From the NCBI GenBank assembly GCA_051252135.1, contig JBPOGH010000001.1, positions 288,001-352,000 of the forward strand: a stretch of DNA of 64,000 bases, read 5' to 3'. Below the pieces are notes generated by a model. The model was not told where the DNA came from and did no database searches. It saw only the letters and a program-made list of their open reading frames with translations. How positions within the stretch are numbered: position 1 is the first letter of the stretch; each line of letters opens with the position of its first letter. A program made the translations under genes and the position numbers. Positions 53,414-64,000 of the stretch are shown one piece after another. The DNA is from Verrucomicrobiaceae bacterium. Its GTDB lineage: Bacteria; Verrucomicrobiota; Verrucomicrobiia; Verrucomicrobiales; Akkermansiaceae.

Positions 53414-55192
53414 ATGTCCGCCTCCCTGCCCACCGAACAAATTTTTCAGGGCACACCGGTGTCCAGGGGCATTGCCATCGGTCCGATCTCGGTAATCGCC
53501 CGGGGCTTTTCAGCCCCTCCCGTTTACCCAATCTCCCCTGGGGCCATTGAAGCCGAGAAAGAGAGGTTTGCAGAAGCCCTCACGAAAACAATCAAGCAGC
53601 TCACCGCTCTACAGGAGCGGATTGAATCGGTTTCCGGACGGGAAGAAGCACTTGTGTTTGAAGCCCACCGCATGGTTCTCGATGATCCCAGCCTTGAGAC
53701 CCGCGTTCACTCGAAAATTGAAAGTCGGCTCCAAAATTCGGAATTCTGCTTCTACGTCGTCATGCAGACCTTTCTCGAGGCCATGCGCCGGGTCTCTGAC
53801 CCCTACCTCAGGGAAAGAACGTCCGATATCGAGGATGTCACTCAGCGCGTCTTACGTAATTTTTCCGCCGATCTAGGAGTCTCCGACCCGGAAGAACCTC
53901 GTATCTTGGTCGCCTATGATCTTAGTCCATCAGACACCGCCTCGATGGACCGCGAAAAGCTTCTCGGATTTGTTACCGAGGCCGGAAGCGTCAATTCTCA
54001 CACTGCTATTCTCGCAAGAGCTCTCGGCATCCCGGCAATTGTGGGTTTGGACGGAGCTGTTCTGGCGACCACAGCACTTGCCCCGGCGATCCTCGATGGC
54101 TCCTCCGGAAAATTTATCGTCTATCCAACCCCGGAAACCACAAAGCGATACCAGAATCTCGCCCAGGAACGGCATCGGGATCGCCTCGCACTCGAGTCCC
54201 TGCGCGAGGAAGACACCAACACCAAAGACGGTCTCCACATCACTCTTTCCGCCAATATCGAGTTTACTCATGAACTCGGGATGGTGCGTGAAAACAGAGC
54301 CGAGGGTGTCGGACTGTTTCGCACCGAATTTTTCCTCCTGGAATCCTCCGCCATCGAACCACCCGGGGAAGACAGGCAATACGAAGTCTATCGGGAATTG
54401 GCCGAGGGCGTGGCGCCCCACCAGGGCATCATTCGAACTCTTGATTCCGGCGGCGATAAACTGTTGGTCGAGCCGCTAACAGAACCCGAACCAAACCCAT
54501 TCCTAGGGTGGCGGGGCATCCGTGTCTCACTCGATCGGCAGGACTTCTTTAAGCAGCAACTCAGAGCAATCCTTAGAGCAAGTGCCTACGGCAAACTTGG
54601 GATGATGTTCCCCTTCATCTCAGGAATGACCGAGATCCGGCAGTGCCGCAAACTGGTCGCAGAATGCATGACGGAACTGAAGGAGCAAGGGATCAACTTC
54701 GATCAGGATCTCGAAATCGGAGCCATGATTGAGATCCCATCAGCGGTTCTTGTTGCGCGGGAAATGGCGAGGGAGGTCGACTTCTTCTCGATTGGAACAA
54801 ATGATTTAATCCAATACACCGTAGCGGTTGACCGAATTAACCATCGTGTGGCTCATCTCTATCGCTCCAGTCACCCTTCGGTCATTCGTATGATCAAAAT
54901 GACCACGGACGCCGCCTCCGAGGCTGGGATTTGGACCGGGGTGTGCGGGGAATTGGCTGCTGATCTAAGCCTCACTCCCCTCCTCATTGGTCTGGGTGTC
55001 GATGAACTCTCTGTTGGACCGCATGACCTGGCCCCCATCAGGAAGGCTCTCATTTCTCTCAATCACGAGAAGTGCAAAGCACTCGCTGCTGAAGTCCTTC
55101 AGATGAGCACAAGTAAGGAAATTTACGATGCTTCCCAGGCCGTCGCCCGGGAAGCCTACCCCGATCTTTTCGCCGAGTTCGACGCGGACTAG
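53414..55192 (+). CDS. ptsI: PEP-protein phosphotransferase (PTS Enzyme I)
   Basis: SHTAILAR, GLFRTEF, NPFLGWRG, SIGTNDLIQY, GVCGE. Confidence 0.96.
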   Translation: MSASLPTEQIFQGTPVSRGIAIGPISVIARGFSAPPVYPISPGAIEAEKERFAEALTKTIKQLTALQERIESVSGREEALVFEAHRMVLDDPSLETRVHSKIESRLQNSEFCFYVVMQTFLEAMRRVSDPYLRERTSDIEDVTQRVLRNFSADLGVSDPEEPRILVAYDLSPSDTASMDREKLLGFVTEAGSVNSHTAILARALGIPAIVGLDGAVLATTALAPAILDGSSGKFIVYPTPETTKRYQNLAQERHRDRLALESLREEDTNTKDGLHITLSANIEFTHELGMVRENRAEGVGLFRTEFFLLESSAIEPPGEDRQYEVYRELAEGVAPHQGIIRTLDSGGDKLLVEPLTEPEPNPFLGWRGIRVSLDRQDFFKQQLRAILRASAYGKLGMMFPFISGMTEIRQCRKLVAECMTELKEQGINFDQDLEIGAMIEIPSAVLVAREMAREVDFFSIGTNDLIQYTVAVDRINHRVAHLYRSSHPSVIRMIKMTTDAASEAGIWTGVCGELAADLSLTPLLIGLGVDELSVGPHDLAPIRKALISLNHEKCKALAAEVLQMSTSKEIYDASQAVAREAYPDLFAEFDAD

Positions 55193-56046
55193 CGTATCTC
55201 CATGCCAGTCTTGGCATAGACCCACTTGCTAACTTTTCCGCCTTTGATCAGTGCCTTGGCCTGCACCGTCTTCACTCCAAAAATAGTCTCCGCTTTGTAA
55301 GCAGCCAGACCGGTCTGGAAGGTTTCGCCTCCAAAATCCTCCTCATCCCCCGCTTGCCATGCCTCGACCTGCTTAAGGGTAAATTCCTTCACCGCACCGT
55401 CAGCGATACTCTTCTTCATCACCTCGACGATTTGCTCGGGGTTAAGAGAGGCATTGGATGGCTCCGGAGTTGGCTCGGGAATGGGATCAGGCTTGGGCTC
55501 GGGAGTCATCCCGGGATTGGGTGCAGGTTCATTTCCTCCATTGTCTGCCACCACAGGTGGTGTTGGTTGAGGAGTAGGAGCTGGCTGAGGTGAAGGAGTG
55601 GGTTGGGGCGTTGGACCGGGTGCTTGGCTACCACCCGCAGCCTTCGCGCGAAGATCCGCCATCATTGCCAGTCCGATCGTTTCGAAAATATTGGTCTGGT
55701 CAATGTCGACCTCTCCCCTGGCCAGACCATCTTTCGTTTCAATGATCAGTTTCTTGTCGTTGCGATTGAGCAGCTTCACTTCGCGTCCCTCGGCAATATC
55801 CTTGAAGCCTTCGCCACTTACGGTCGGCAACTTCAAGCGCACCTTGGTCTTTACCATTTTTGGCAACTCGCTGTCCCGTAACTCGGCCAGATTCACATGA
55901 AAAACAGCATCAGAAATCTTCACATCTTGCTTCAATGAAGTATCCTCCTTCGCTTCCTTGACGACCATCGATCCCAACATGGGACCAAGCATCAAACCAA
56001 CCATATAGAGAACAAGGGGGACGACGACGAGCTTGAGATATTTCAT
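55189..56046 (-). CDS. Hypothetical membrane-anchored protein with a Pro-rich linker
   Basis: N-terminal TM; PTPQPTPSPQPAPTPQPTPP and PEP repeats between two globular parts. Confidence 0.8.
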   Translation of the reverse strand: MKYLKLVVVPLVLYMVGLMLGPMLGSMVVKEAKEDTSLKQDVKISDAVFHVNLAELRDSELPKMVKTKVRLKLPTVSGEGFKDIAEGREVKLLNRNDKKLIIETKDGLARGEVDIDQTNIFETIGLAMMADLRAKAAGGSQAPGPTPQPTPSPQPAPTPQPTPPVVADNGGNEPAPNPGMTPEPKPDPIPEPTPEPSNASLNPEQIVEVMKKSIADGAVKEFTLKQVEAWQAGDEEDFGGETFQTGLAAYKAETIFGVKTVQAKALIKGGKVSKWVYAKTGMEIR

Positions 56047-56153
56047 GAAGCGGGAAATCAGTGAGGTGTGGGGAGAATACTAAGCAAGCAATAACGATTT
56101 GTCATCCTCCAAAGACAGTTTGACCTTTTGAAAAGGACGATGAAGTCTCCGGC

Positions 56154-58913
56154 ATGTCGGATACCCAACCAGCGCGCCTTTTTCTCTTGGATGGCATGGC
56201 CCTCGTCTATCGCGCCCATTTTGCATTGATCCGTAATCCCATCACCAACTCCAAGGGCATCAACACTTCGGCGATCTTTGGTTTCACCAACACCCTTCTC
56301 ACCATCATCGAGAAGGAAAAACCCACTCACATCGCCGTCGCTTTCGACACTTCGGCTCCAACTTCCCGCCATGAGCTTTACCCCCCTTACAAGGCCCAGC
56401 GCGAAGCCATGCCCGAAGAGCTCGCCGCCGCGATCCCCGAGGTGAAAAAGGTTTGCAATGCCTTCAACATTCCGGTGCTCGAAATTAATGGCTACGAGGC
56501 TGACGACATCATCGGAACCTTGGCTCATCGTTCTGAAAAAATCGGGGGCATCGAGACCTACATGGTGACCCCGGATAAGGATTTCGCCCAACTGGTTGAC
56601 GAACACACCTTCATGTGGAAACCCGGCAGACAAGGCTCCGATCACGAAGTTCTTGATCTCGCTCAAATCTGTAAAAATTGGGAAATCAATCATCCGAAAC
56701 AGGTCATCGATATCCTCGGGCTCTGGGGCGATGCTTCCGACAACATCCCCGGGATCCCTGGAATTGGAGAAAAAACCGCTAAAAAACTGGTTGCCGCCTA
56801 CGGTTCCGTTGAAGGGCTGATTGAAAACACCGACAAGCTGAAGGGAAAGCAAAAGGAAAATGTCAGCAACTTCGCAGAGCAAGCACGCATCTCTAAGGAA
56901 TTGGCCACCATCATTCTCGATGTTCCCGTCAAGGAGACGATGGAGGACTTTGTTCTCGAAGCCCCCAATGAAGAACTCATTCGGGGACTTTTCGAGGAAT
57001 ATGAATTCCGAAGCCTGACAAAGCGACTCTTCGAAAAAGCCGAGACCTCCGATCCCGCAGAACCAGTCTTCCAAAGTCTCAAGACCATCTCTGACACCAC
57101 GCACCAATACACCTTTGCTCAATCGGCAGAAGAAATAGCGAAGCTCCTTGCCGAACTTCGGGATGCGGACTCGTTCTGCTTCGATGTGGAAACCACTTCG
57201 CTCGACCGTTTCCAGGCCAAGCTCCTGGGCATCGCTTTTTCCACCGCTCCACACACCGGGTGGTACATTCTTGCAGATCAACTGGAGTCCTTCCGGCCAC
57301 TCCTGGAATCGAATAAACCGAAGATCGGACACAACCTCAAATATGATCTCCACATACTGAGGAGCCATGGCGTAGTCGTCCAGGGTCCCTTCTTCGACAC
57401 CATGTTGGCCCATCAGATGCTGGCTCCGGAACAAAAGCACACCATGGACTACCTCTCCGAGTCCTTGCTGGGATACTCCCCCATCAAACTCACTGATCTT
57501 TTTGCGCAGTCCTCTGAAGAAGCCGACGACCTCTTTGCCAGCGCCGCGAAAAAGAAAGCTGCCAAGGGTGAACTCGATCCCTCACAAATCCCTCCCGATC
57601 AACTGGCGGAATATGCTGCAGAGGATGCCGATGTCACCTTCCAGCTCAGCAACCTGCTCTCACGCCAATTGCCTGAAGATGGGGTCGATGACATCTACCG
57701 CAAAATCGAAGCCCCCTTACTCCCGGTCCTTGTTGAAATGGAAGCTGAAGGAGTCACGGTTTCCCAGGAAGTTCTCGATGAGGTGGGATGCGAACTGAAA
57801 GAACGAATTGAGCACCTTGGCAAAGAAATTCACGAAGCCGCAGGTCGCCCTTTCAACCTCAATTCGCCAAAGCAATTGGGAGAAATTCTCTTCGGAGAAA
57901 TGGAACTCGTCGAAAAACCGAAAAAAACAAAAACCGGTCAGTTTAAAACAGACGAACAAACCCTCTCCAGCCTCGCCCCCCATCACCCGATCGTAGCCAA
58001 TATTCTTGGCTACCGGGAAGCTTCCAAACTGAAATCAACTTACGTTGATGCCCTTCCAAATCACCGCGCCACACACTCGGGCCGAGTTCACACCAATCTT
58101 CATCAACTCGTCACTGCCACCGGTCGTCTCGCCTCAACCGATCCCAATCTTCAAAATATTCCGGTTCGCTCCGAGCTGGGACGAGGCCTGCGGAGGGCTT
58201 TCGTTCCACGCGGTGAGGAGTTCACCTTGCTCGCCGCCGACTACTCCCAGGTTGAACTTCGGGTCATGGCCTCTCTTTCAGGAGACCCGGCGATGATTGA
58301 AGCCTTCCAAAACAATGCCGATATTCACCAGTCGACCGCAGCCAAGGTCTATGGCGTGAGCCTGGAGGACGTAGTGCCTGAAATGAGAAGAACTGCCAAA
58401 ATGGTCAATTTCGGCATCATCTACGGTATTTCCGCTTTCGGCCTTTCCCAACGCCTGGGCATTCCCCGGGGCGAGGCCTCCGATATCATCAAAGCATATT
58501 TTGAAAATTACCCGTCCATAAAAGAGTTCATGGACTCAACCATCGAAAAAGCCCGGGAACAGGGGTATATCGAAACTCTCACAGGCCGCCGTCGTTTCCT
58601 TAAGGATATCACCTCCGGTAATGCCACCATTCGCGCCAATGCGGAACGGGCCGCCATCAACAGCCCCATTCAGGGAACCGCAGCGGACATGATTAAGATT
58701 GCCATGATCGATGTCGCCCAAATACTTCATGATCGAAAAACCCGAATGATCCTTCAAGTTCACGACGAACTCCTTTTCGACCTCCACAAGTCGGAGGCTG
58801 AGGAACTCACCCCAAAAATCGTCGACGCAATGGAATCTGCCCTCGCTCTGCCTCTCAACGTCCCTGTTCGCATCGATACCGGCACCGGCGACAATTGGCT
58901 TCAAGCCCACTAA
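56154..58913 (+). CDS. polA: DNA polymerase I
   Basis: 5'-3' exonuclease (LLDG, EADD, DKD, GDASDN), 3'-5' exonuclease (DVET), polymerase motifs [23 protein letters not shown]. Confidence 0.98.
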   Translation: MSDTQPARLFLLDGMALVYRAHFALIRNPITNSKGINTSAIFGFTNTLLTIIEKEKPTHIAVAFDTSAPTSRHELYPPYKAQREAMPEELAAAIPEVKKVCNAFNIPVLEINGYEADDIIGTLAHRSEKIGGIETYMVTPDKDFAQLVDEHTFMWKPGRQGSDHEVLDLAQICKNWEINHPKQVIDILGLWGDASDNIPGIPGIGEKTAKKLVAAYGSVEGLIENTDKLKGKQKENVSNFAEQARISKELATIILDVPVKETMEDFVLEAPNEELIRGLFEEYEFRSLTKRLFEKAETSDPAEPVFQSLKTISDTTHQYTFAQSAEEIAKLLAELRDADSFCFDVETTSLDRFQAKLLGIAFSTAPHTGWYILADQLESFRPLLESNKPKIGHNLKYDLHILRSHGVVVQGPFFDTMLAHQMLAPEQKHTMDYLSESLLGYSPIKLTDLFAQSSEEADDLFASAAKKKAAKGELDPSQIPPDQLAEYAAEDADVTFQLSNLLSRQLPEDGVDDIYRKIEAPLLPVLVEMEAEGVTVSQEVLDEVGCELKERIEHLGKEIHEAAGRPFNLNSPKQLGEILFGEMELVEKPKKTKTGQFKTDEQTLSSLAPHHPIVANILGYREASKLKSTYVDALPNHRATHSGRVHTNLHQLVTATGRLASTDPNLQNIPVRSELGRGLRRAFVPRGEEFTLLAADYSQVELRVMASLSGDPAMIEAFQNNADIHQSTAAKVYGVSLEDVVPEMRRTAKMVNFGIIYGISAFGLSQRLGIPRGEASDIIKAYFENYPSIKEFMDSTIEKAREQGYIETLTGRRRFLKDITSGNATIRANAERAAINSPIQGTAADMIKIAMIDVAQILHDRKTRMILQVHDELLFDLHKSEAEELTPKIVDAMESALALPLNVPVRIDTGTGDNWLQAH

Positions 58914-58915
58914 TC

Positions 58916-58950
58916 TTGCCACCCGCCTTTCATTAACTATTCTTTCCCCG
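58916..58950 (+). promoter_or_regulatory. Sigma70-like promoter abutting the start codon (leaderless-type)
   Basis: TTGCCA-N16-TATTCT-N7-ATG(58951). Confidence 0.55.
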
Positions 58951-59604
58951 ATGAAATTCCACTATCTCCTCCCCATTCTAGCCCTCACCTGTTGCAAAGC
59001 GGAAAAGGCCGCCGAAAGCCCGCCCAAACCTAAAAATACCCCAGCCGAGAAAAATACGACTTCGGTCTCAGTGGTGATGGAGACAAGCATGGGGAACGTC
59101 ACCATTGCGCTCAATCAAGAGAAGGCTCCGATCACCGTGGAAAACTTCCTCACCTACGTGGATAAAAAATTCTATGATAACACCATCTTCCACCGGGTGA
59201 TGGATGGCTTCATGATCCAGGGCGGAGGGTTCGAACTTAAAGAGGACATTCCGACCGAGAAACCTAACGGCAAGCCAATCAAAAACGAAGGTCAGAACGG
59301 CCTCAAAAATGACACCGGAACCATCGCGATGGCTCGCACAAGTGACATCGATAGCGCAACATCCCAATTCTTCATCAATGTCGCCGACAACGCGGGTCTC
59401 AACTACCCGTCCAATGGAGGTTACGCCGTCTTTGGAAAAGTCACTGAAGGGATGGATGTGGTTAATAAAATCAAAGGTGTCGCCACTTCCACGAAATACA
59501 TGAACAGCATCACTCCGGGAGGCCGCATCCAGCCTGGAGCCCATCAAAATGTGCCGGTGGAACCCGTCATCATCAAATCCATCCGCCGCGCTAAAAAACA
59601 ATGA
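58951..59604 (+). CDS. Cyclophilin-type peptidyl-prolyl isomerase, probable lipoprotein
   Basis: [42 protein letters not shown]-terminal ALTCC. Confidence 0.95.
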   Translation: MKFHYLLPILALTCCKAEKAAESPPKPKNTPAEKNTTSVSVVMETSMGNVTIALNQEKAPITVENFLTYVDKKFYDNTIFHRVMDGFMIQGGGFELKEDIPTEKPNGKPIKNEGQNGLKNDTGTIAMARTSDIDSATSQFFINVADNAGLNYPSNGGYAVFGKVTEGMDVVNKIKGVATSTKYMNSITPGGRIQPGAHQNVPVEPVIIKSIRRAKKQ

Positions 59605-60311
59605 TCTGGCTTCTCCCCTTTATCGGATTTCTCCTCGGCTCCATCCCCTTCGGTCTTTTGCTTGGCAAGCTCAAGGGGATCGACATCCGCCAGCACGGAT
59701 CGGGAAATATCGGAGCGACCAACGTCTTCCGCACCCTCGGAAAAGGCCAAGGCATACTCTGTCTTGTTCTCGATTTCCTCAAAGGATTCATCCCGGTGGT
59801 CGTCGCCCTCAACATCTCTCGGATTGGCGGTGAACCGGTTGCTTTACCTCTGGGATTTCTGGATCAGTGGAGCGCGGGATTCACTGATGACCAACGCCTC
59901 ATTTCACAGATCATTCCCGTCCTCACCGCCTTTGCCAGCATCATGGGCCACAACTACTCCCCCTGGATCGGCTTCAAGGGAGGGAAGGGAATTGCCACTA
60001 CCGGAGGAGCTCTTGCGGGCCTTATGCCCATGGGAGTCGTTGTTCTAATCATCGTTTGGGCAATTTTCGCCTTCAGTACCCGCTACGTGTCTGTTGGAAG
60101 CATCGCGGCTGCAATCGCCCTCCCACTCATCACTCTGTGGGGTTCCTTTCATCACGGAAAAATAGCCGATGGGACCTGGAATAAACCCTTGTTCACCCTA
60201 GCCCTCGTTGCTGGCATCCTCGCTGTTTTTAAGCACCGTGCGAACATCACGAGACTACGCGCCGGAACTGAAAATAAAATGGGAGCCAAAAAGAAGGGAG
60301 TCACCCAGTGA
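59601..60311 (+). CDS. plsY: Glycerol-3-phosphate acyltransferase PlsY
   Basis: [32 protein letters not shown]. Confidence 0.96.
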   Translation: MIWLLPFIGFLLGSIPFGLLLGKLKGIDIRQHGSGNIGATNVFRTLGKGQGILCLVLDFLKGFIPVVVALNISRIGGEPVALPLGFLDQWSAGFTDDQRLISQIIPVLTAFASIMGHNYSPWIGFKGGKGIATTGGALAGLMPMGVVVLIIVWAIFAFSTRYVSVGSIAAAIALPLITLWGSFHHGKIADGTWNKPLFTLALVAGILAVFKHRANITRLRAGTENKMGAKKKGVTQ

Positions 60312-61318
60312 GCTCCACCTCTCTAACAAACCCCGTCATCATCGGTTGTGGTTCCTGGGGAACCGGCCTCGCATGCCTCCTCTCAAGAAACGCTTCGACG
60401 GTGACTTTGCTAGGTCGAAGCGAAAGCGATATCGATGCCATCAATCACAGGCATCTAAATCCGCGCTACCTCCCCGGTATTTCCCTGCCCGAAAACATCT
60501 GTGCTACAGCTGATGAGCAAATTACAGAGACTGCAGATGTCCTGCTTTTCGTCGTCCCTACTTCAGCTACCCGGGACACCGCCGCCCGGCTTTCCAGCCT
60601 CAACATTCCTGAGTCCACCGTTCTTGTCTCTTGTGCCAAAGGAATCGAATTCGAAAGCGGAAAACGGATGACCGAGGTGATTGCTGACTCGTTTCCGAAC
60701 AATCCCGTAGCTGTCATTTCCGGACCGAATCACGCCGAGGAAATTGCACAGCAACTTCCAGCCGCAGCCACTCTCGGTTGCGCTCACACCGCAATTGGCG
60801 AACAGCTCCGCGACCTCTTCTCCACTCCTCGTTTCCGGGCATACACCAATGAAGACCTTGCCGGTGTCGAACTGGGTGGAGCCCTTAAAAACATCTTTGC
60901 CATCGCTGCCGGTGTCGCCGCCGGCATGAAGCTGGGTGACAACGCGATCTCCGCTTTGGTTACTCGCAGCCTCGCTGAAATGATCCGACTCGGGACCGCC
61001 ATGGGCGGGAACCCTGAGACCTTCACCGGTCTCTCGGGGCTGGGTGACCTCCTCACCACGTGCTTCTCGAAGCACTCTCGCAATCACCGTGTTGGCCTCT
61101 CATTGGCCGCAGGTAAAACGCTCGCAGAAGCAGTCGAAGAGCTGGGAATGGTAGCCGAGGGCGTGCCCAATACACGGTCTATTCATGAAGCAGCCCGGAG
61201 AAAGAGCGTCCGCACCCCCATCATCGATGTCGTCTACGCAATGCTCTATGAAGACATCCCCCCTCGTGTCGCTTTGGATCGACTCTATGATCAGGCTCCC
61301 CGTGACGAGCACAGGTAG
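60308..61318 (+). CDS. gpsA: NAD(P)H-dependent glycerol-3-phosphate dehydrogenase
   Basis: GCGSWGT, AKG, SGPNHA, GALKN, GLGDL..TC....SRN, AEG. Confidence 0.96.
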   Translation: MSSTSLTNPVIIGCGSWGTGLACLLSRNASTVTLLGRSESDIDAINHRHLNPRYLPGISLPENICATADEQITETADVLLFVVPTSATRDTAARLSSLNIPESTVLVSCAKGIEFESGKRMTEVIADSFPNNPVAVISGPNHAEEIAQQLPAAATLGCAHTAIGEQLRDLFSTPRFRAYTNEDLAGVELGGALKNIFAIAAGVAAGMKLGDNAISALVTRSLAEMIRLGTAMGGNPETFTGLSGLGDLLTTCFSKHSRNHRVGLSLAAGKTLAEAVEELGMVAEGVPNTRSIHEAARRKSVRTPIIDVVYAMLYEDIPPRVALDRLYDQAPRDEHR

Positions 61319-61323
61319 CCGTC

Positions 61324-62397
61324 CTACTCCGAGACATACCGATCCTTGAGTTTCTGAATCAACGCCGCATTACGCCGGTAATCAGCGCTGGCATCATTCA
61401 TGATGGGTGCGTCCCGAAAGACCCCTTTGATATCGTCGCTTGGGAGCACCAACGTACTAATTCGGCCTGCACGGGCGATCACCATTCCGATCACCCTGCC
61501 CTTCAAGTCAATGACAGGGAGTCCGGTATCACTCGCCTCCAGCTCCATATCCGATTGCAGGACATTGGGAAAATTTCCCCTCACCCTGTTTCTAGATCCA
61601 CTGAGTGAATCCATCGCCTGTAGCCGCCGGGATTCCGGAAGAGTGTCGACCGATCCTTGCAGCTTGGGCGTCATCAGCAACTCACTCTCCCCACGTTTCA
61701 CCAGAATTTCTGGGGTTTCTCCAGCCCTCAACCTTTTGAGCCTGGTCGACACTTCGTGAAATCCCTTCACCGGTTCATCATTCACCTTAAGAATGACATC
61801 CCCTGCCCGAATTCCAGCTTCATCCGCAGCAGAATCACGGACCACTCCAAAGATTTGCACTCCCTCTCCAAGATATCTGGCATCAAGTTGAACCCCTAAA
61901 AAACCTTGATCAGCCGCACGAAGACTCCTTGCCGCTACACTCTTCACTCCGATTCCTTGCGCCTCACCGTCAGGCCGGACAGCCGCTAGAAACGAACCTT
62001 CCAAAAGATCACTGCCATCACTCCAATCGGCTGCCGGTGCCCTCAAACCTTTGACAAGTGCCACTACCAGATCCTGTTCAGGGTAAGCCGCAATCATCTC
62101 CAAAGGGATGGCCACCTTATCGCGGGAAAGGACCACAAGCCGCGGCCGATTTCCCACTTCGCTCAACTTGGCTAAAATCATCTCGTCGCCAAGTGAGACC
62201 CCGTAGGCAATGCGCTGCTTTCCCGAGTATACCGGATAAACAACTTCGCTGGCCTTAGCGGTAATCGCCCGGACAACCTTGAAAATATCCAGAGCTTGCC
62301 TGTCTGTGATTGCGGAATCCTTTTTAGGAATCTCGGGCGGAAGAATCTGCCCCCACCCCGCATAAATGGAGAGAAAAAATACTACGATCGTTTTCAT
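61324..62397 (-). CDS. Exported PDZ protein with a degenerate trypsin-like domain
   Basis: GFLGV...SAA..AGI..GDVI PDZ; QSD......DTGLPVIDLKGRVIG resembles the S1C C-lobe but lacks GxSGG. Confidence 0.8.
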   Translation of the reverse strand: MKTIVVFFLSIYAGWGQILPPEIPKKDSAITDRQALDIFKVVRAITAKASEVVYPVYSGKQRIAYGVSLGDEMILAKLSEVGNRPRLVVLSRDKVAIPLEMIAAYPEQDLVVALVKGLRAPAADWSDGSDLLEGSFLAAVRPDGEAQGIGVKSVAARSLRAADQGFLGVQLDARYLGEGVQIFGVVRDSAADEAGIRAGDVILKVNDEPVKGFHEVSTRLKRLRAGETPEILVKRGESELLMTPKLQGSVDTLPESRRLQAMDSLSGSRNRVRGNFPNVLQSDMELEASDTGLPVIDLKGRVIGMVIARAGRISTLVLPSDDIKGVFRDAPIMNDASADYRRNAALIQKLKDRYVSE

Positions 62398-62411
62398 ATT
62401 CGGGATTATTC

Positions 62412-63392
62412 TTAACGACGGCTTCGACGATATATTTGGGCGCGACTTGTCAACTTCAGAGAAAGATCAACCATCACCCCATCCCGCTTTACCGATAGGC
62501 TGACTTGGTCACCGGGAGCGAAATCGATCAAGACCTCACCCAAATCCTTCAAATTCTTCACTTCCTCGTGATTGAGAGACACAATGACGTCGCCACCACG
62601 CAAACCCGCTACTTCCCCGGGCGAACCGGGCGTCACGGATTCCACATCCAACTTCCCACTTCGAGCATCCAGCATCACCCCAATGGCAGGACTGTTGGCG
62701 GCATCAAAACCGCCCCCCAACCGGCCCCAGGAATCTCCTCGGAGCATCTTCGCCCATGACTTTTTGAACCCCGTAATGCCGGCGTGATTATTTACCGCCC
62801 TTTCATGGGCGTTGATGTGGGAGTGGATTCCGATCACCTTCCCTTCGAGATCAAAGAGCGGTCCCCCACTGTCTCCGCCAACCACTGTACAGTCCGTCGT
62901 GATGAAACCGGTTCGCCCCTTGGTCATCACACGTCCAAATCGCACCGGAGGCCGCCGGGTGGGATCATACCCTTTTGGATGCCCCATCGCCACGACCAGA
63001 TCCCCCGTCGTCAAGGGGGCCGAGTCTCCAATCCCGACAAAAGGCCACGGTCCTGCACCAACCATCTGCGCCATCGCGGCATCCCTGCTGTAATTTGCCC
63101 CCAGGACCTTCGCACGCTCTTCCCTCCCATCGGGGAAAATTACTGTCATTTCCCGGCTGCCATCCACCACATGGGCGGCGGTGAGAATCAACCCGTCCGG
63201 AGAAACGATAACGCCACTTCCAGATGCCCCGATTTTGGGAGAAACCAAAGAAACCGTGGCCGGAGTCGCCTCAAGCACGACCTTCTGCATTTTCTCCTCA
63301 ATCGCCTGGAGATCACTCAAACTGGTGATCCGGGGAGCAGCTTGGGCGGTGACCACTCCCAGAATTACTAATAAGGTGAAAATTTGTTTCAT
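62412..63392 (-). CDS. HtrA/DegP-like (S1C) serine protease with PDZ domain
   Basis: GSGVIVSPDGLILTAAHV, GDSGGPL, C-terminal PDZ; signal peptide from ATG 63392. Confidence 0.93.
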   Translation of the reverse strand: MKQIFTLLVILGVVTAQAAPRITSLSDLQAIEEKMQKVVLEATPATVSLVSPKIGASGSGVIVSPDGLILTAAHVVDGSREMTVIFPDGREERAKVLGANYSRDAAMAQMVGAGPWPFVGIGDSAPLTTGDLVVAMGHPKGYDPTRRPPVRFGRVMTKGRTGFITTDCTVVGGDSGGPLFDLEGKVIGIHSHINAHERAVNNHAGITGFKKSWAKMLRGDSWGRLGGGFDAANSPAIGVMLDARSGKLDVESVTPGSPGEVAGLRGGDVIVSLNHEEVKNLKDLGEVLIDFAPGDQVSLSVKRDGVMVDLSLKLTSRAQIYRRSRR

Positions 63393-63615
63393 CGCTTTAG
63401 CATCGTCATCCAAAGGTCCCTTTGTTTTGGAATTGTGCAAGTTCGCCTGTAATTTCTTTTCCGGAAAAGTCCGGCCTTGGACTTCGTTATACAAGGCATA
63501 GACTTCCCCCCAGATGCCCGCCCAAAAAAAGGACTCCAAGAAAAAAGGTTCCGGCAAGAGCTCAGAGTTTGCCGCCCGGCACTTCTTTCTTTCTCCATTC
63601 ATCCTTATCGGCTGG

Positions 63616-64000
63616 ATGACTCGAAACTTGGCCCCGTTCGTCAAATGGCCCCTGAGATTGGGACTTTCAGCAGGGTTTGTCGGTCTCAGCACCCTTCTGC
63701 TCGCCGCCATATTCTATTATGTCATGGCCTCCACTTACGATCTTGACGAGGTCGCCAAAATGCCAGCTCGCACTGAGATTTTGGATCGCCACGGCAACAT
63801 CCTCAAAAACACCAAAGGACAGGAAATCGGCTTTCTTCATGGGAAAAACCGCCACCTGATCAAATACGGGGATGTCTCTCCCCTATTCGTCAAAGCTCTC
63901 ATCTCAAGGGAAGATGGTCGCTTCCGTGACCACGGGGCAGTGGATTTCCGTGGTATCGCCCGCTCCATTCAACGAGCTGTCACCAGAGGAAAGGCCGAGG
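63616..64000 (+). CDS. Class A penicillin-binding protein / peptidoglycan transglycosylase, 5' part (runs off the window; absent from the ORF track)
   Basis: Manual translation MTRNLAPFVKWPLRLG..., N-terminal TM, ILDRHG, EDGRFRDHGAVD (transglycosylase motif 1). Confidence 0.88.
   Translation, partial: MTRNLAPFVKWPLRLGLSAGFVGLSTLLLAAIFYYVMASTYDLDEVAKMPARTEILDRHGNILKNTKGQEIGFLHGKNRHLIKYGDVSPLFVKALISREDGRFRDHGAVDFRGIARSIQRAVTRGKAE

Noticed and set aside
56058..57440. 460-aa ORF antisense to polA
   Set aside because: Fully overlaps a highly conserved gene and has no recognisable motifs; typical shadow ORF from codon bias.

Overview
A gene-dense 64 kb chromosomal segment with about 50 CDSs. Gene content (DUF1501/DUF1549/DUF1553 module, planctomycete-type cytochrome c domains, LamG surface protein, regulatory PTS) points to a PVC-superphylum bacterium, most likely Verrucomicrobia; this is an inference. 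Most genes are housekeeping: ilvBN, carA, purA, uppS, upp, a cysJIH-cysK/cysE/Rrf2 sulfur-assimilation cluster, folP, kdgK, hprK-ptsH-ptsI, polA, plsY-gpsA, a protease pair and a partial PBP. I found no rRNA, tRNA, CRISPR array or mobile element. The top finding is that ORFs 42444-44141 and 44163-46154 are in the same frame and separated only by one UGA. Exactly 11 nt after that UGA lies a 17-nt hairpin resembling the E. coli fdhF SECIS. This suggests a single exported selenoprotein of about 1236 aa (FG-GAP propeller, ASPIC/UnbV, CxxC redoxin-like and TPR regions) next to an uncharacterised PVC cytochrome module. Other findings: CysK-docking-type C-terminal Ile tails on CysH and the Rrf2 regulator but not on CysE, a palindromic operator candidate before cysJ, a pseudokinase, a pseudoprotease/protease pair, and recurrent leaderless-type promoters. 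All calls come from motif reading by eye; no searches were run.
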